Of a stretch of 33,634 nt of DNA, positions 1 through 11,395 are shown one piece after another. The stretch lies in assembly GCF_001194135.2 (NCBI RefSeq), contig NC_068991.1, positions 39,294,075 to 39,327,708 of the forward strand. The letters are read 5' to 3'. Each line of letters opens with the position of its first letter. Within the stretch, counting starts at the first letter, position 1. The stretch is from Octopus bimaculoides (taxonomy: Eukaryota). The notes below the pieces were generated by a model. That model was not told the origin of the DNA, searched no databases, and saw only the letters and a program-made list of their open reading frames with translations. The position numbers and the translations under genes were made by a program.

Positions 1-240
1 AGGCTTCTCAAACTAGAAAGGAGAAAGCTGAGTCGAAGACTACAGATCCTAGCCATCATAAAAACAATAAAAGTCTGCAAAACATTACAGAAGTTTATCA
101 TTATTTATATATGCGCATGCCTAGACATGCAATTATATGTATGAGAATACATACGTAAAATAAAACATACAAATCTACACATATACATACATACATACAT
201 ACATACATACATAAATACATACATACATACATACATACAT
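1..240 (+). mobile_element. 3' end of RLE-type (R4/Dong-like) non-LTR retrotransposon, copy 1, running into (TACA)n
   Basis: From nt 16 it reads ERRKLSRRLQILAIIKTIKVCKTLQKFII, followed by a ~80-nt 3'UTR and a TACA tract. It aligns by eye with 560-740 and 10915-11117. Confidence 0.7.
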
Positions 241-263
241 ACGTACGTACGTACGTACGTACG
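182..263. repeat. (TACA)n grading into (TACG)n microsatellite
   Basis: Seen directly. Confidence 0.95.
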
Positions 264-384
264 TTTTCACTCACTGGTGATGTCCTGTACTTAATGTGTA
301 TTTTTAATCATTCATAATTGAACGCCACGCAGCCTTTGTCAATAGTACATAGATACATACATACATATGTACGTACGTACTTAC

Positions 385-903
385 AGAGAAAAGAAAATGT
401 GTACAATAGTGGAAATTAGCTGCTCGGCGTATATTAACATAAGAAAATACCTACGAAAAAGAAAATACCTATCCTGAACTAATGAGAAATCTGCACTTAT
501 TCTACCCAGATAACAAGCACACATTTATATCTACAATTATTGGAGCATTCGGATATGTAACACACTGCATAAGAACCATTCTTGAAAGCTGATTTGAATA
601 CTACAGATCCAAGCCATCGCTAAAACTAAAAATTTGTAAAACGTTCCACAAGTTTATCATTTAAGTATATATGTGCATGTCTAGATATGCAGCTATATGC
701 ATGAGAATATATACATAAAACAAAACATACAAGTTTTCACATGCACTGACTCTAAATACTGCATGTATACACACATACAAGCAAAAATTCCCTGTTGATG
801 TTGAAATTCCAGTGATGGAACCTGGGATCTAGGTTAGGGAACAGCTCCTTCTCTATTGGCAAGAAATCTTGAGATAAAACTGAATGACTTACATACATAT
901 ACG
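385..903 (+). mobile_element. 5'-truncated RLE-type non-LTR retrotransposon 3' fragment, copy 2, with long 3'UTR
   Basis: Frameshifted translation REKKMCTIVEISCSAYINI / EKENTYPELMRNLHLFYPDNKHTFISTIIGAFGYVTHC resembles the C-terminal half of the restriction-like endonuclease domain. It is preceded by a TACA/TACG tract (345-381) and ends in TACATACATA (~891-900). Confidence 0.7.
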
Positions 904-1139
904 TAGTTTTTATGGCTTTGAAGATGTGCGTGTTGTGTTTAGGTCTAGTATTATTTCTAACTTGGTATCGATACGCCGATAATCTAAGTGGATTAAAATT
1001 ATCCTTGGGGCTTATGTAGTGTCTACTTGGACTGAGGTGTTCTACAAAGTCTTCTATATTTAATTATACTGCTGAGGTTTTTACTTCGTACTTCATTATA
1101 TTCTCTGATTAACCATTTAAGACACATTAACTAACCATC

Positions 1140-1766
1140 TCCTGTGGAAAGTAACATTTCCACAAATTATGTTGACAATTCTTGCAGATCAGTGCAAGTC
1201 AAATTGAGTACACTCGATAAAAAGAGAAGCAAAAAGGAAATTGATGTGTACGATATTTTCTTCAGTGCATACACAGCTTGTTGAAATGTCAATGGTGTCT
1301 GTAAAGGAAATTAATGCTGTAAAAAACATGACTTTAGGGTTAGTTATTTAAGAGAGGTCACATGGAAATCTCATTAAAATGCTATTCGTACGATACATTA
1401 CAGTGTAACATTTTTCCGAGCTGTTTCTCGTGACCTTGTAAATAGTTTAAATAAAATATACCCGAAACTAACTTCCAAATTATATCATAGGTATTTTGTA
1501 AAAATTTTAGTACATGTGTCAGTGGATTTAAATATGTAGTTGTTCTTCAGTTTACTCGGAGGATTGGTCCCACGAGTCACCGTAATGAATAAAAATTGTG
1601 TCAAATGAGCAAGATACATTTATAATGATATGACCAGTAAAAAGCAACAAAATTTAAATAATCCATTGCAAAAATACTTGCTATAACGCGAAACTCTTAC
1701 GCGAAATTCTACTACGCGAAATCCTGCTACGCAAAATTCTGCTACGCGAAATTAATTTCTCTACAG
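1140..1766 (-). mobile_element. Possible decayed DNA transposon (MULE-like?) end with subterminal short repeats
   Basis: Five ACGCGAAA-core repeats at 1686, 1699, 1714, 1729 and 1744 (mostly 15-nt period). The minus-strand peptide TCTDLQELST*FCGNVTF only weakly recalls the MULE FxDGTF region. Confidence 0.25.
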
Positions 1767-1924
1767 ATTTTCATATTACAAAGTGATCATGCGTCCCCCC
1801 CCCCCCCGAAAAAAAAACTCGACTACTTTTACGCATCAATATAACAAACGCACATAGTACAGTATGTATACATAAAAATATTTGATTTCAATCATAAAAA
1901 CCTTTTCACTCTACACACAATCAC

Positions 1925-1975
1925 TCTCTTTTTCTTTCTTTCTTTCTTTCTATCTTTCTCTCCTCTCTTTCTCTC

Positions 1976-2050
<75 letters not shown>

Positions 2051-2078
2051 CACACACGCACACACATACACACTCACA
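1925..2078. repeat. (CT)n/(CTTT)n followed by (CA)n microsatellite
   Basis: Seen directly; it explains ORFs 1882-2151 and 1892-2125. Confidence 0.95.
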
Positions 2079-2649
2079 CAGTTTTGTTTACATACAAAAT
2101 ATGTTGCTACAGGCATTTCTCTCATGCTGGCACTATTATTGTTGTTACTAGTTTGTTATTGAAAAATTGGTGGATTGGCAGTGGTGGTGGAGTTTATTAT
2201 ATTGGTTTTAGTGTTGATGACAGTTCAGTTAGTGCTGATACTAGATATTAGTGATGGTAAATGTGTGTGTGCGTGTGTAGATAGATAGCTACATACATAC
2301 ATACATACATACATACATAATTTCCTTTTTTTCCCTTTATTACCTTATTCCAACCCTACTAAATCGTTTATATCCATCTTACTTTATTATCCGTATTTTT
2401 TCTTATATTACCCTCGATTTGACTTATATTATTTTTGTATTTTATCTCTTATTTTATATTGTTTTTTCTTCGTATTTTATATTGTTTTAACCACCAACTT
2501 CTTTCTTTTTTGATCCTCTCCTTCTATCTCATATACGCTAGTTATATTTATTTATCATTCACTCTACCCTGAATTGTGGTACAATATGGACAGATTTCTG
2601 AATACCGATGAACTTTTATGTAAATATAACAATTTAAAGGATAAGCATC

Positions 2650-2685
2650 TTACAATGGATATTACAATGGATATTACAATGGATA
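2650..2685. repeat. 12-bp tandem repeat TTACAATGGATA x3
   Basis: Three perfect copies seen directly. Confidence 0.9.
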
Positions 2686-2785
2686 ATACCAAGTGGACTT
2701 TCCCTTTTTCTCTCTCCTGTTTCTCTCTCTTTTTCTTTTTTCTTTGTGATTTCTTCCTTGTGATGTAATCTTGGGACGGAATATA

Positions 2786-2883
2786 TTTGCGGCTGAAGAT
2801 AGCTTTAAACCATCCTGTCTATCAATTATATACTCATATAATGATGCAACGACTGTTTGTGTATAAAGCTTGAAACACGTGTA
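2786..2883 (+). ncRNA. Hammerhead ribozyme-like motif (minimal type I, Penelope-like element type), truncated by the gap
   Basis: CTGAAGA at 2793-2799; helix II AGCTTTA/TAAAGCT (2801-2807/2864-2870); GAAA at 2872-2875; palindrome ACACGTGT at 2875-2882, then A (GUA site). The helix II junction is non-canonical (U.U), and the 3' strand of helix I falls in the N gap. Confidence 0.5.
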
Positions 2884-3517
2884 NNNNNNNNNNNNNNNNN
2901 NNNNNNNNNNNNNNNNNNNNNNNNNNNNNNNNNNNNNNNNNNNNNNNNNNNNNNNNNNNNNNNNNNNNNNNNNNNNNNNNNNNNNNNNNNNNNNNNNNNN
3001 NNNNNNNNNNNNNNNNNNNNNNNNNNNNNNNNNNNNNNNNNNNNNNNNNNNNNNNNNNNNNNNNNNNNNNNNNNNNNNNNNNNNNNNNNNNNNNNNNNNN
3101 NNNNNNNNNNNNNNNNNNNNNNNNNNNNNNNNNNNNNNNNNNNNNNNNNNNNNNNNNNNNNNNNNNNNNNNNNNNNNNNNNNNNNNNNNNNNNNNNNNNN
3201 NNNNNNNNNNNNNNNNNNNNNNNNNNNNNNNNNNNNNNNNNNNNNNNNNNNNNNNNNNNNNNNNNNNNNNNNNNNNNNNNNNNNNNNNNNNNNNNNNNNN
3301 NNNNNNNNNNNNNNNNNNNNNNNNNNNNNNNNNNNNNNNNNNNNNNNNNNNNNNNNNNNNNNNNNNNNNNNNNNNNNNNNNNNNNNNNNNNNNNNNNNNN
3401 NNNNNNNNNNNNNNNNNNNNNNNNNNNNNNNNNNNNNNNNNNNNNNNNNNNNNNNNNNNNNNNNNNNNNNNNNNNNNNNNNNNNNNNNNNNNNNNNNNNN
3501 NNNNNNNNNNNNNNNNN

Positions 3518-3561
<44 letters not shown>
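3518..3561. repeat. (GA)n microsatellite at gap edge
   Basis: Seen directly. Confidence 0.95.
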
Positions 3562-3565
<4 letters not shown>

Positions 3566-4544
3566 GTGGGGGAAGAGAAACCAAGAGATAGAGAAAAAGT
3601 GGGTGAAAAGTAGGAGAGAGAGAACGGGACGGGTAAAGGGAAAGAGCCGTGGGTACAGTATACTGTAGACTTCATGTTTAGTGAAAATGAATCCACCCGA
3701 GACTAATTATAACCAACAAGTAAGAAAATAAGAAAGAGAGCGAGATGGAGAGAGAGGGGGGCAGAGAGAGAGTGTAGAGGGTAGTATGTCTGTCAATTCC
3801 TATTAACCAACAACCCTATTGGGGACGTCTGTAGTAAACCAGTTATTCAGAAGAGATTTATTTTCATTAAAAAGTTTCTTCATTTACGCCCGACAAGGTT
3901 CTTATAAAGCAGAAAATGCTGTTCCGATTTTGTGAAATTAGAATATTCTCAGAGAATGAACGAACGTTATCAAGAGAAATGACAACTTCTGGTAATGACG
4001 CCTGGTTGTTTTCCTATTCCATTACATTTCATTTACATTGCTAATTCTCATGCGAAAAGCATGAACGTCACACAGTCTCATTTTATTCTGTCTTTTAGTT
4101 TTAGTCCATTATTTAACATTTCTGAGTTTAGGAACTGCTGGTTTAATATAAAGATCAGATCCCAGTAGCTTTAGAACCCATTTTCAGTGGAAAGAAAAGA
4201 TTGCCAACAGTAGCTCAATAATATTTGAGTAATACATATTTGTAGACATTATCAAAATCACATACATAGTAGAGGTGCGTTGTTAAACACTAGTAGCTGC
4301 AGCAGTTCGTCTAAGATAAGTCCCCTAAAAGACGTATGTTTAAAAGACAATATACTTCAAAGCTAGGCGAAATGAAATCGCCCCGGAAGTGAACGAGAAC
4401 GACAAATATCAATATTTCGTAGTTTTTTTTATGCTAATCGGTCTCATGTAATCGCCCCACTTCCGATACAAATTCGAGATATCCAACAAGAAATATATAC
4501 ATATAGTGCAAAATCAATTTGCTGACATGCAGTAGCGCCATACA

Positions 4545-5000
4545 AGTAGAACAAGATTCAAATTTTGTGTTGGAACAACTCAATAATATATGATTATATT
4601 TTTAAAGCCTATCTGGAAGGCAAAAGTTCTGCTCTGACTTACTAAATCGAAAATTTTCAATAACAATGTCAAAAATATCCTATTATATGGTACGGAGTCA
4701 TAACGAATAGACATAGAAAACTCCAAGCATTCACGAACGAGAGTCTCAGAAACATTCTAAAACTATTAGATATCCAGAAATTGTGAGTAACAAAGACCTC
4801 TATGCAAAAGCTAATAAGTATGTCGTTGGTCAACAAATGGTGATAGGTAGACCATACGTTACGAAGACAAGAAGGATGTTTGGCAAGGCAAGTCTTAGAT
4901 TGAAACCAGAAGGGAGAGTAAGGCAGGCGCCCGAGGATCATCTGGCGGAGATTGCAGAAGCGGGACTGAAGTTAGTAGAAATAATAAGGAAATATAAATA
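4545..5000 (+). mobile_element. RTE-clade LINE relic (C-terminal part of RT ORF)
   Basis: With stops and frameshifts it reads LKPIWKAKVLL*LTKSKIFNNNVKNILLYGTES*, KLQAFTNESLRNIL, RYPEIVSNKDLY, HTLRRQEGCLARQVLD*N and GRRPRIIWRR. These are typical RTE post-RT motifs. Confidence 0.8.
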
Positions 5001-5484
5001 AACTTACACCTACATATTTAATTTTGTGGTTTATTCAAATAGAAACAACAATACGCCCACACCTTGACTTTAAAATCAGCAGTAACATTATGTCAGTCGA
5101 TTTACTAGAGTGAAGACTGTGGATGTTACTGCTTACATTGCCGTTAATTTGTCGCTGCGAAAGTCAAGATAATAGAAGAAATGGACTGATATAGATAATA
5201 GACTATTCTAAGGGCAAACTATCATGAACAAAAGAGTCAATTGTTCACTTGCTTCGGCGGTTCTGATTCTTCTAAGGACTGGTACTTTTACTTAAGTTTC
5301 TGTCTCGACGGCTCTGGTTTCTCCACAGACTGGTCACAATCACACTACGAATAGAGAAAATTATTTACTTCCTATCATATTACTAAGAACTTATGCTTAC
5401 TTATTCGACCCCACTACGACAGCTTTAAACAGTTATGCAATCCACTCAATTCTAAATAAGTCTTCAATAAACAGAAATCTTAAC

Positions 5485-5688
5485 GTGAAAAAAAACATCT
5501 GTTTTCTGAATAGAAATTTTGAATATGAAAGACGGAACCCTGAAAGGCTAATAAGCAAACAGGAAGTTTTATATTGGTTAGAAGGTGGCATTCTTTCGAT
5601 AGACAGAAGAGGTTATTGTTGTGAACAATATTTACTGGATAACCTGATAATGGAGCAAGTAATAAAGAAAGAAAGGTTCGAGAAATAA
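5485..5688 (+). mobile_element. Possible fragment of a non-LTR RT domain
   Basis: GILSIDRRGYCCEQYLLDNLIMEQVIKK resembles the Q.G....C.EQLL.D.LI segment of RLE-clade RTs; the match is short and weak. Confidence 0.3.
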
Positions 5689-6518
5689 TCTGTAATATAA
5701 GTATGTTCAATTATTTCATACTATGGTAATAGAGTAGGAATTACTCAATTTCCCCCTCGTGATAGCAATTGAAATTTCTTGAGACTACCTGGAAATCTAT
5801 ATACACATATGACATATATACAGCAACATTTATGGCAAGACTACAGTCCACCATGATTCAAGTTATACAGCTCACACAGCTTTCGATTTCTCGGCACGAA
5901 CGAAGCCAAACTTTAGCAAGTCGTATAAACATTAAAATATAAACGGTTGCATATCTAACAACCACAGACAATTTTTCAATTTTTTACAATCATAAGCCAT
6001 TTCATAGCTCTCACATTAGTTATGCCCATAATTTTATAGCTTTCACTTTAATTACAAATATAAGCCATTTTGTAGCTTATAATTTATACTTACACATCCA
6101 TCTCTGTGCTTTATAATAACATAAATGTCTTGTTCGAAAGGAAATCTTTCACCGAGTTCCAGTACGAGATACTTGTTTAGGTGAAAGAATACTCATAGCG
6201 GTAAATTATTTATGCCAATTCTAGCAAAAATGTTTGTTTTCTCTCCTTTATCGAACCACTCTAAAAAGAGGAACTGTAATTCATATACACTCTGTAAAAT
6301 ACATTTTTGAAACATGAAATCACTTCAGGAATAATGATGCACAAACATTTGTATACAACGTGGTTTCCTCAGACGATTTATGTAATGTTTGTGCTAACAC
6401 TGCTGTTTAGTTTGTAAGTTCAGCAGTAACTACTGTTTTATTTGACACATGCGCTACTTAGACCAGGGAAGATTTATAGAGTACAGTTGAGGAAACAGAA
6501 ATAAACTTATCTATCTTT

Positions 6519-6519
6519 T

Positions 6520-6550
<31 letters not shown>

Positions 6551-6596
6551 CCGTCTCTCTCTCTCTCTCCCTCCCTCCCCCCTCTCTCTCTCTCTT
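6519..6596. repeat. (GTCT)n/(CT)n compound microsatellite
   Basis: Seen directly. Confidence 0.9.
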
Positions 6597-6658
6597 CAAC
6601 TGGACTCTATAAATCTTTCCCAGTCTACGTAGCGCATGTGTCAACTAAAACAGTAGTT

Positions 6659-6666
6659 TATATATG

Positions 6667-6722
<56 letters not shown>
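6659..6722. repeat. (TA)n microsatellite
   Basis: Seen directly. Confidence 0.95.
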
Positions 6723-6725
<3 letters not shown>

Positions 6726-6892
6726 TGTCTTCTCTGCACAACTACCCACCAAAGGCTGTATTTACTACGGATGCAAATGAAAAGGCAAGCAGGGAACAGA
6801 TGCTTTGGAATGCCTATATTCTGCCAGGAATTCAAAACATGCCATGGTTGATGATTCTTTAAAATCAAGACAATGCTAACCCAAGTTAATTA

Positions 6893-7078
6893 ATGGTTTC
6901 AATTCTGGCACAAGGCCAGCAATTTTGGGGACGGGTTAAGTCGATTACAACGACCCCAGTGTTCAACTGGTACTTATTTTATCGACCCAAGCGGCATTTG
7001 AACTCTGTAGTGGAGACAGACAAAATGCCGCTAAGCATTTTGCCTTACGTGTTTACGATTCTGTCAGATCGCCACCCT
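6893..7078 (-). mobile_element. tRNA-derived SINE, family B, diverged copy with internal deletion
   Basis: Aligns by eye with 12887-13099 and 18064-18277 (GGCACAAGGCC...GTCGATT...GACCCCAGT...CTGGTACTTA...TTTGAACTC...CTAAGCATTT). Confidence 0.8.
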
Positions 7079-7472
7079 AACCCAAATTAATTAATACGAC
7101 AAAAAATTTATCCAGTAACATCTTTAAAATATTCAGCTTTTATTCATTAGCGTGTTCATAAATTATAAGAATTATAGTTTTTCTTTAGTAATTATCCATC
7201 AACATCTACAATATTATCGTCTTCATGACCGTCATTGTTCATTGTTTTATTTAAGGTATTGAATAAAACGTGTTTTTTTCTCTGCATAGGTGCAATATCA
7301 TTATGTACATTTTAATGTCATTACATATACATCATGTATAATTAATTACTAAACAACATAAAATATTACTTAATTACTTTAACTATTATTTGCGGTATTT
7401 AATCGAAATGTGACATTTTCCTAACCAATATTGTAACTTTCCACGACTTCATTCTGCTCACTTTGGTCGATG

Positions 7473-7648
7473 CCCTTTTCTTTGAACTTTCTGTCATTGA
7501 ACTGTGGCTATGCTGGGACACCACCTTGAAGGATTTAGTCAAACTATTCTGTGGCACTAATTGTATTGGTCTCTATCACTGCATTGCTAAGTTATGGGAA
7601 TGTAAATAAGTCAACACCGGTTGTCAGGCGGTAGGTAAGAAACAAACT
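7473..7648 (-). mobile_element. SINE family A, 3' half, diverged
   Basis: GTCATTGAACTGTGGCTATGCTGGGACACCACCTTGAAG...CACCGGTTGTCA matches 24550-24690. Confidence 0.65.
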
Positions 7649-8751
7649 GCTAGAGACACTGCATTCATATTTTCACTCTTCTGTATCATTGTTCATATAT
7701 GCTTTGTTCTACTTGATTGCACACCTTTCTTTGCAGAACATTTTTTTCTTGTATTGTATTTTTTTCAATTGTTCATACAACTGTTTTTGCTATGGTTCAT
7801 TCTTCTATGCCTTCCTCGTACACTCTGCCTACACTACTATTAATCGATCGCTACCGGTCTAAGAGGGGACCTCTGTAGGCGCATTGACAGCGAGTCAAAT
7901 ATAGAGATAGAGGGCGTTACGCAACATTAAGGTTCAGACACGTGACCTCATCTCTTCCTCTTTTCTGCACTTGCACACAAGCTATTAGGACGTGACTTGC
8001 TCTATCTTATGCCACAAGCCAGCTTGCAGATAGGAGCATAGCACAGAAGACCATGGCCTTTACACACCTACCATTCTATTTATCATTCCTTTGTGTATAT
8101 ACATGTGGCTACAACAAACGTGTTTAAAGTTACAACCTTGCTTGTATATGTTCATCATCCGGGTTTACTACCGGCGAGATTACAGCCCTCTGTGAGTCAT
8201 ATTAGGTGGCTCAACAACGACCTACACCATTTAAAAATCTTTACATCCCTGCCCTTCCGTCTATTTTCAGTGCACATATCAAAATAGTCGGATTCACCGA
8301 GTTCTTTTCGTGTATCACAGAGTTGTATGTGTTATGTAAACTAATGAATTAACGCAAGACTGATGTTATGAACTATTGAGAATCTTGCGTGTTTGATATC
8401 AATCTCACCTACTCGTCTTCCGAGAATCAATAAACAAGTACATGCAATGTGTAAAGTGAAAAACAGTTAACAATAAGTATGGATTTCCGCAGATGCTTTC
8501 ATGAGAAGTTACAGGTCAACAATATAGTCTGAACGCTTTAAAATAACTGAAAAATTCAACTTCGTTTAAAGAACAAAAAGTACATTCTGTGGACTGGTCT
8601 GCAATGTTTGGAGTCGTGTATGCTTGTCAAGAGCAGGGCTCATTAGCCACCAACGGAGCCGCAAATGCAAAATATAAGTTAGTGCTAGAGCGCACAATGT
8701 TCCTGAAGGTCGGCAATGGTCTTCCTCGGTCACGAGTGGACGGCCATCATC

Positions 8752-9047
8752 ATGTATGCGTTTTTATATGTGTATGTATGTATGTATGTGTGTGTGTGTA
8801 TGTATGTATCTATGTATGTACATATGCATATATATGTACGTATTCATGCATGTATGTATGTATGTGTGTATGTATATATGTATGCATGTGTATTTGTGTG
8901 TACGTATGTATGTATGCATGCATGCATGTATATGTATGTATTCATGCATTCATGTATGTATGTATTTATGTATGTATGTATGTATCGATGCATGCATGTA
9001 TGTATGTATGCATGTATGTATGTATGTATGTATGTATGTATGCATGT
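8752..9047. repeat. Compound (TATG)n/(CATG)n/(TG)n microsatellite
   Basis: Seen directly; it explains the overlapping MYVC-type ORFs. Confidence 0.95.
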
Positions 9048-10229
9048 ATAAAACGAAAATGAGCTAGGCGAGATAGCTGAGTGTGACTAGTGGCATGAAT
9101 TTGGACAACAAAGACGAAGAAAGATATACTAAATATCATAAACGATAAATTCTTGATTATATTGTTGTAACCTTCGTTTCGAAAGAAAAAAGATGTTAGC
9201 AAACACATTGCTGGAATTGCAATTGACTGAATGAAGTGGAAGGATAATTTCAAGGAATCAGCAATTATCTAGAATTAACATGCCATTAATGAAAAAGCAG
9301 TCTTCTGCGTCAGTATCACAGCGTTGCCCTATCTTGCAAATACCAGTCAGACATAAGACTTAGCCATGGACAATAAGAGTATAGAACATTTATGGCCCAA
9401 GTAAATTTGCATTATGGAAAGGAAAATGATTTAAGAGAATTAGCTCAGTTCATACATACACACATACATGCATTAAAGATTCGTGACAAACAAATATATT
9501 TCAAGCTAACCGTCTTATCAAACATTAATCATTACTTAATGTATTAATAAATATCAATTCACATTTTGTGTGTGTGTGTTTATGTATACACACACGTCAT
9601 ATTTGATGACGAAAGAATTAGACCTCGATATCGTTGGAAATAGAGAACTAAATTTAACATGGCTGTTTGTTCCTGTGTTAAGCCTGCTGTAAGTATGCAT
9701 TAAACTTGCATATAATGAAGAGGTGCAACATTCATTGAATTGCTTGCACAGAAGCTCAGAGTTCTTAATGTTGGTGTTCCATACCTGTGTCCTTTAATAC
9801 GCGCGCGTGCACACACACATACGCGCACGCGTACGCACACGCATATATATCAATCAAAATATATAGTATTATAGAACCATTGCTATCGGTCTTACCATCA
9901 GTTTCACATCGGATGCTAGATGTCTGAACAGTTATCTAATACACGTGCACTTCAAGGATGGTTGATTTGGGAAAAATATGGTGAATACCACTTTAACATG
10001 AAGTGTGGTTGTTGTATAAAATGCGGTTTAAGATCTGATAATATTATGTCTTCTGTTAAATGAAGTCAGGAAGATATCGATAAACAAATTCAAAGACAAG
10101 CTGCAGTTGATCTCACTGAAGCATTTATTACCCTCGTTAAAGTTAGATACAAGAAACTGGCAGGACATTAATAATTATCAATACATTACATAGATTCAAA
10201 TGCTTATAGAAGTTGAAGATGAAAGGTTA

Positions 10230-10397
10230 GAAAAACATGAAGCATAGCATCAAAGATTTTGGTTACAATTCTGTTCAAAATGATGGAAAACATGCGAAGC
10301 ACAGCATCAAGGATTTCGGTTACAACTCTGTTCAAGATGAAGGAAAAGCACTAAGCATAGCCTCATGGTTCCGGTTACAATTCTATTCAAGCTGAAG
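10230..10397. repeat. ~56-57 bp tandem repeat x3
   Basis: Units start at 10230, 10286 and 10343, with shared core AAGCATAGCATCA...GGTTACAATTCTGTTCAAG. Confidence 0.85.
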
Positions 10398-10571
10398 CTG
10401 CAAAGTGGAATCAAATTGCTTTCACAACGAAGATCCAAACTCGCTCTTAACAAACTCACCTCACTCTGGAGTTAGCGGGAAAACTCGTCCCATTTAATAG
10501 CTGATGTAGAGACGCTAAGCTAGTCAATCACGTTAAGGGGTGGACAGTCCAAATAAAGCTAAATGGACTGG

Positions 10572-11117
10572 ACCATCACGTGATGAACCAAAAATGTTGT
10601 AGCTAGGACACTTCAACGAAATCCGTCGGAAGGATAACCCCGAGGACAAAGGAATAAGAACCTACAGTACGGTAGAAGCCATAGCCACTCATAATAAAAA
10701 GGAGTATTGGTGGAATGTCCCAGTGAAGACCTCAATAAAATGTAAGCACAACATACTTGATGTAAGGATTTAGAATAGAGAAGAGATGTTAACGTAAAGC
10801 TGAAGATCAGGGAAAATGAGAATACCTACGCTGAACTATTGAGAAATCTGGAGTTACGCTATCCGGGCCCTGGAATATGTAACACACTGCCTAAATACCA
10901 ATCTTGAGAAATTAGGCTTCTCAAAACCAGAAAGAAGAAAGCTAATTCGAAGACTACAGAGCCAATCCATCACTGGAACTGTAAAAATCTGTAAAACTTT
11001 CCAGGAGTCTATCATTTAAATATATATGAGCATGTCTAGATATGCAACTATATGCATGAGAATACATACATAAAACAAAACATACAAATCTGCACACATA
11101 CATACATACATACATAC
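10572..11117 (+). mobile_element. RLE-type (R4/Dong-like) non-LTR retrotransposon 3' fragment, copy 3
   Basis: With deletions and frameshifts it reads VVARTL-NEIRRKDNPEDKGIRTYSTVEAIATHNKKEYWWNVPVKTSIKCKHN, ENTYAELLRNLELRYP and NTNLEKLGFSKPERRKLIRRLQSQSITGTVKICKTFQESII*, then 3'UTR and (TACA)n into the gap. Confidence 0.75.
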
Positions 11118-11338
11118 NNNNNNNNNNNNNNNNNNNNNNNNNNNNNNNNNNNNNNNNNNNNNNNNNNNNNNNNNNNNNNNNNNNNNNNNNNNNNNNNNNN
11201 NNNNNNNNNNNNNNNNNNNNNNNNNNNNNNNNNNNNNNNNNNNNNNNNNNNNNNNNNNNNNNNNNNNNNNNNNNNNNNNNNNNNNNNNNNNNNNNNNNNN
11301 NNNNNNNNNNNNNNNNNNNNNNNNNNNNNNNNNNNNNN

Positions 11339-11392
<54 letters not shown>
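11339..11392. repeat. (TG)n microsatellite at gap edge
   Basis: Seen directly. Confidence 0.95.

Positions 11393-11395
<3 letters not shown>

Noticed and set aside
2674-3696. Long ORFs spanning N runs (also 11048-11426, 23157-23432, 31296-32732, 31532-32692)
   Set aside because: Their length is an artefact of gap Ns; only the flanking real sequence was interpreted.
3953-3991. 39-nt AG..GT segment encoding ENERTLSREMTTS (a similar 28-nt minus-strand candidate lies near 9900-9930)
   Set aside because: Too short, with only modest splice signals; expected by chance without transcript data.
6225-6375. Minus-strand CTGAGGA with AACCAC/GTGGTT stem, resembling a third hammerhead
   Set aside because: GAAA is replaced by GATA, and there is no helix III palindrome or helix I.
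8600-8745. Minus-strand segment reminiscent of an RTE-type 5' region (GGTGGCTAATGAGCCC)
   Set aside because: Based on vague recall only; no second copy or coding motif in the window.
8589-9253. ORFs rich in MYVC/HTHT/ERER/SLSL (also 1882-2151, 6638-6868, 16284-16621, 22519-22999, 25699-26307)
   Set aside because: Translations of microsatellites or SINEs.
10800-10820. Other CTGANGA heptamers (10800, 18855, 22719, 28588, 30520; minus strand 12340, 15695)
   Set aside because: No helix II plus GAAA geometry; several lie inside TE coding relics.
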